The position numbers and the translations under genes are program-made. A model generated the notes under the pieces. The model made no database searches, was not told the DNA's origin, and was given only the letters and a program-made list of their open reading frames with translations. Below are positions 1-1,786 of a DNA stretch of 1,786 nucleotides, piece after piece. Origin of the DNA: Escherichia phage alpha3; sequence record M25640.1. One strand, given 5' to 3'. The stretch's first letter is position 1; each line of letters begins with the position of its first letter.

Positions 1-72
1 GGTCGTGTGATTGGTACCATCGCTACGACTCAGGTTATTCATGAATACCAAGTCCTTCAGCCGCTTAAATAA
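1..72 (+). CDS. G: 3' end of major spike protein G (partial; start is upstream of the window)
   Basis: Frame 1 is open from nt 1 and reads GRVIGTIATTQVIHEYQVLQPLK, then TAA at 70-72. The ...QVI.E...LQPLK-stop ending matches the C-terminus of phiX174 G as I recall it (...NQVIKEIICLQPLK). The ORF lies directly upstream of H, as in the microvirus order F-G-H-A. Only 23 codons are visible. Confidence 0.75.
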   Translation, partial: GRVIGTIATTQVIHEYQVLQPLK

Positions 73-99
73 AAGGCTGCCGCACTCCCGGTTAGATGC

Positions 100-117
100 C
101 TGCCCAGTGTAGGGCAG
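100..117 (+). repeat. Inverted repeat / stem-loop: 6-bp stem CTGCCC (100-105) with GGGCAG (112-117), 6-nt loop AGTGTA
   Basis: Perfect Watson-Crick complementarity read directly from the sequence; all-GC-rich stem, no following U-tract. Confidence 0.6.
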
Positions 118-155
118 ACCGAGCCGTACGGAGATACCCGATAAACTAGGAACGT

Positions 156-176
156 GGAAGGCGTTAGCCGCCTTCC
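156..176 (+). repeat. Inverted repeat / stem-loop: 8-bp stem GGAAGGCG (156-163) with CGCCTTCC (169-176), 5-nt loop TTAGC
   Basis: Perfect 8-bp complementarity read directly from the sequence; followed by CTCCTG rather than a U-tract, so not a canonical intrinsic terminator. Confidence 0.6.
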
Positions 177-194
177 CTCCTGCTAAGCCCAAAA

Positions 195-199
195 AGGAG
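195..199 (+). promoter_or_regulatory. Shine-Dalgarno sequence (AGGAG) for gene H
   Basis: AGGAG at 195-199, 8 nt upstream of the H ATG at 208. Confidence 0.7.
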
Positions 200-207
200 T
201 TACAGCG

Positions 208-1200
208 ATGTTAGGTGCCGTTGTTGGTGGCATTGCCTCAGCCTTAGCTAGTGGTGCCGCTTCGAAATTATTTGGAGGCTCTCAGCGTGGAGTTTCTGTT
301 ATGCAGCAAGGTGCCGAGTCTGCCGGATTGACTAACGGCGGCGGCGCCATTTCTATGGATAATGACCAAGGTATTCAGTCTGCTATTCAAGGCTCGAATG
401 TTCCTCCTGCTGGTCAGCTTCCTGAGTCTCAGAACTCTGGTGTTATGGCTGATGCTGGTAACATGCTTCGTAATGCTGGAAAGTCTTTGCTTGACGGAAC
501 TATTCAGGCTGGTTCTGATAAAGTTAAGCAAGCACTTATTGATAAGTTGATTGGAGGTAATGATGCTAAAGACCGAGGAAAGGCAACCCGCGATTACTTG
601 GCTGCGGCCTTCCCTGAGCTCAACCCATGGGAACGTGCTGGAGCTGGTGCTTCCACTGCCGGGTTAGAATCTTCTGCTCAGAATCAGCAGAAAGAGATGC
701 TGAAGATGCAATTGGATAATCAGAAAGATATTGCAAAAATGCAGATGGATAACAATTTGCAGATTGCTGGTATTCAGTCTGCCACTTCTCGTCAAAATAC
801 GAAGGATTCTGTTTATGCCCAGAATGAGATGCTTCAGTATAATCAACGTGAGTCGCAGGCACGCGTTGCGTCTATCCTCGCCAACACTGACCTCACGACT
901 AAACAGGCTACCCATGAAATCATGAGGATGGCCCTTACCCGTGCTCAGGAGACTGGTCAGCATTTGACTAACTCTCAGATTATGGCTTTGGAGAAAAAGG
1001 TCTATGCAGAAATTGGAAAAATTCATCAAGATACTCAAAACTCTCGCTATGGTAGCTCTCAAGTTACTGCCGCTGCGAAAGATGTTACGAATATGATTAC
1101 CGATGCCGCTTCAGGTGCTTCTGATTGGGTTTCTCAGCAGTGGAATTCGTTCTTTAAGGATGGTAAGTCCAACGGTATTTCCCTTAATACCAGAAAATAA
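208..1200 (+). CDS. H: Minor spike / DNA pilot protein H (complete, 330 aa)
   Basis: ATG at 208 with SD 8 nt upstream, TAA at 1198-1200. The translation is collinear with phiX174 H as I recall it: Gly-rich hydrophobic N-terminus MxGAxxGGIASALAxGAxSKLFGG, then AIQGSNVP, TRDYLAAAFPELNxWERAGA, KMQLDNQK, IAGIQSATSRQNTKDxVYAQNEML, ARVASI, QNxRYGSS and C-terminal FxKDGKxxGIxxNxxRK. Similar length (330 vs 328 aa). Follows G as expected. Confidence 0.95.
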   Translation: MLGAVVGGIASALASGAASKLFGGSQRGVSVMQQGAESAGLTNGGGAISMDNDQGIQSAIQGSNVPPAGQLPESQNSGVMADAGNMLRNAGKSLLDGTIQAGSDKVKQALIDKLIGGNDAKDRGKATRDYLAAAFPELNPWERAGAGASTAGLESSAQNQQKEMLKMQLDNQKDIAKMQMDNNLQIAGIQSATSRQNTKDSVYAQNEMLQYNQRESQARVASILANTDLTTKQATHEIMRMALTRAQETGQHLTNSQIMALEKKVYAEIGKIHQDTQNSRYGSSQVTAAAKDVTNMITDAASGASDWVSQQWNSFFKDGKSNGISLNTRK

Positions 1201-1203
1201 TTG

Positions 1204-1209
1204 TTGACA
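1204..1209 (+). promoter_or_regulatory. -35-like hexamer TTGACA just downstream of the H stop (positional counterpart of the phiX174 promoter upstream of gene A)
   Basis: Perfect TTGACA at 1204-1209, 4 nt after the H stop, where phiX174 also has TTGACA after H. No convincing -10 hexamer at 16-18 nt spacing (AGACTC/GACTCT region), so promoter activity is uncertain. Confidence 0.4.
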
Positions 1210-1226
1210 TTCCCTAAACCCTTATG

Positions 1227-1265
1227 AGACTCTTGCTTCAACGAAACGAAGTAGGAGTCTTTTTT
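1227..1265 (+). terminator. Rho-independent-terminator-like hairpin with U-tract; Shine-Dalgarno AGGAG (1253-1257) embedded in the 3' arm
   Basis: 13-bp stem (1227-1239 pairs with 1248-1260; 11 Watson-Crick plus 2 G-U pairs), 8-nt loop AACGAAAC, followed by TTTTT (1261-1265) and then ATG at 1266. Same layout as the phiX174 hairpin GCCTCCAAATCTTGGAGGCTTTTTTATG before gene A, as I recall it. Confidence 0.5.
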
Positions 1266-1409
1266 ATGAAACCAGCTCATCGCCTCTATCATCCTGTGCT
1301 TGGTTCTTGGTTGTTTAAGTGCCCCGTTTATGTTCGTTATGAGTCCCTTCATCACGGTCGCCTCATTAAGGTTCGTGCTGTTCGTGACCTTTCCCGCGTC
1401 AGCAGTTGA
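1266..1409 (+). CDS. Hypothetical small basic protein (47 aa), candidate leader ORF
   Basis: ATG at 1266 sits 8 nt after AGGAG (1253-1257) and directly after the U-tract, at the position equivalent to the phiX174 gene A start. It reads MKPAHRLYHPVLGSWLFKCPVYVRYESLHHGRLIKVRAVRDLSRVSS, then TGA at 1407-1409 (9 K/R, 4 H, 2 D/E). I recognise no homolog; expression is unproven. Confidence 0.35.
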   Translation: MKPAHRLYHPVLGSWLFKCPVYVRYESLHHGRLIKVRAVRDLSRVSS

Positions 1410-1633
1410 TTGCCAATCCTAAAAATTGCTTTGACGTTGTCATTGCTGAGATTGACGTTACTCACCTTTCTGTCACTTGGTATGATTTTGAAGCTGAAGA
1501 GTATGCTGAGTGTGATTCCGGCACTATGGAGCTTGTTGTTTCTCAGGTAAATTCTGGCGAGGTTATTCGCTCATCTGAAGACCTGTTTGTTGATGTTGAT
1601 GATATGGAATGGCCTTATGAAATTGCGGAGTAA
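1406..1633 (+). CDS. Hypothetical highly acidic protein (75 aa, TTG start)
   Basis: ORF from the six-frame track. The TTG start at 1406 overlaps the TGA stop of the preceding ORF (TTGA); no independent SD. 19 Asp/Glu versus 2 Lys/Arg. TAA at 1631-1633. An alternative internal ATG at 1526 has no SD. Coding status uncertain. Confidence 0.3.
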   Translation: MIANPKNCFDVVIAEIDVTHLSVTWYDFEAEEYAECDSGTMELVVSQVNSGEVIRSSEDLFVDVDDMEWPYEIAE

Positions 1634-1636
1634 GTC

Positions 1637-1726
1637 ATGGAAACTGTTATCGGAAAATTTATTGCTCTGGCTATTGTTGCTCTTATGCTGTATGGAATTG
1701 CCTGTTTGATTCGGAGGTTTCCGTGA
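1637..1726 (+). CDS. Hypothetical 29-aa hydrophobic single-helix membrane peptide
   Basis: ATG at 1637 is preceded by GGAG (1627-1630) at 6-nt spacing. It reads METVIGKFIALAIVALMLYGIACLIRRFP, then TGA at 1724-1726. An 18-residue uninterrupted hydrophobic core is flanked by K7 and R26-R27. Too short for the supplied ORF track; found by manual reading. Confidence 0.4.
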   Translation: METVIGKFIALAIVALMLYGIACLIRRFP

Positions 1727-1786
1727 AATATTTTAGTTTGGTAGATGAACATTATGCTTACTGCCCTGATACAAGGATTTTGCACA
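1723..1786 (+). CDS. 5' end of next gene (partial; GTG start), possibly replication initiation protein A
   Basis: GTG at 1723 is preceded by a strong SD, GGAGG (1713-1717), at 5-nt spacing and overlaps the upstream stop (GTGA). It is open to the window end: (M)KYFSLVDEHYAYCPDTRILH. There is weak resemblance to the phiX174 A N-terminus MVRSYYPSECHADYFDFERIE (shared H, Y and RI at equivalent spacing), and gene A is expected after H. Only 21 codons are visible. Confidence 0.4.
   Translation, partial: MKYFSLVDEHYAYCPDTRILH

Larger units (their letters stand above)
73..207 (+). other. G-H intergenic region; candidate primase-dependent complementary-strand origin
   Basis: 135 nt non-coding spacer where phiX174 has only about 8 nt. 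Contains two GC-rich hairpins, an 8-bp palindrome CCGTACGG (124-131) and a CTG (180-182) immediately 3' of hairpin 2 in the block CCCTCCTGCTAAGCCCAAAAAGGAG. This resembles my recollection of the G4 primase start-site block; the functional assignment is inference. Confidence 0.4.

Noticed and set aside
124-131. 8-bp palindrome CCGTACGG as a functional site in its own right
   Set aside because: A short palindrome within a GC-rich spacer can arise by chance. It is mentioned under the origin hypothesis but does not warrant a separate call.
268-531. Minus-strand 87-aa ORF inside H
   Set aside because: Fully embedded antisense to the confidently assigned H gene. Microviruses of this type express genes only from the viral-sense strand. 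No start context examined that would override this; judged a chance ORF.
362-550. Plus-strand out-of-frame 62-aa hydrophobic ORF inside H
   Set aside because: Overprinted genes do exist in this family (E within D), so this was considered. However there is no Shine-Dalgarno upstream of ATG 362, and Leu/Phe-rich hydrophobicity is the expected by-product of shifting the frame of T-rich codons. Not supportable without conservation data.
731-925. Plus-strand out-of-frame 64-aa ORF inside H
   Set aside because: Same reasoning: no ribosome-binding site, composition explained by frame-shifted H codons.
620-1062. Minus-strand ORFs (620-862, 80 aa; 664-1062, 132 aa) inside H
   Set aside because: Antisense to H and overlapping each other; Leu/Ile/Arg-rich composition typical of reverse-frame translation of T-rich third-position coding sequence. 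No supporting signals.
1134-1355. Minus-strand 73-aa ORF spanning the H 3' end, the terminator hairpin and the start of the 47-aa ORF
   Set aside because: Antisense; overlaps the H coding end and a structured regulatory element; no supporting signals.
1224-1409. ATG at 1224 as the start of the first post-H ORF (61-aa version in the ORF track)
   Set aside because: ATG 1224 lies within or just before the 5' arm of the terminator hairpin and has no SD. The in-frame ATG at 1266 has AGGAG at 8-nt spacing and corresponds positionally to the phiX174 gene A start, so 1266 is the preferred start.
1526-1633. Internal ATG at 1526 as an alternative start (35-aa product) for the acidic ORF
   Set aside because: No Shine-Dalgarno upstream. 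Kept only as an alternative in the feature evidence; cannot be distinguished from the TTG 1406 start from sequence alone.
1752-1786. ATG at 1752 (frame 3) as an alternative start of the downstream gene
   Set aside because: No SD upstream and it is out of frame with the GTG 1723 ORF, which has a strong GGAGG at ideal spacing.
1-1786. tRNA, rRNA, CRISPR array, insertion sequence or integrase signatures
   Set aside because: No cloverleaf-compatible arrangement, no regularly spaced direct repeats with spacers, no long terminal inverted repeats and no transposase- or integrase-like ORF were seen. The window is fully accounted for by microvirus genes and intergenic elements.

Overview
The window reads as the viral (+) strand of a phiX174-like microvirus (Microviridae, Bullavirinae). 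It holds the last 23 codons of the major spike gene G (1-72), a 135-nt G-H intergenic region, the complete DNA-pilot/minor-spike gene H (208-1200), and about 520 nt between the H stop and the next probable gene start (GTG 1723, possibly replication gene A). The G-H spacer carries two GC-rich hairpins and a CTG-containing block that resembles primase-dependent complementary-strand origins. The H-proximal part of the downstream spacer keeps the phiX174 layout (TTGACA, then a hairpin with U-tract and embedded Shine-Dalgarno, then ATG). The ATG at the position of the phiX174 gene A start instead opens a chain of three short same-strand ORFs (47-aa basic, 75-aa highly acidic, 29-aa hydrophobic) joined by stop/start overlaps and ending on the GTG of the next gene. 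This small-ORF cassette is the most interesting unexplained content. The long intergenic regions suggest an alpha3- or G4-like lineage rather than phiX174 itself. All homology statements come from memory of phiX174/G4 sequences and were not checked against a database. No tRNA, rRNA, CRISPR or transposase signatures were seen.
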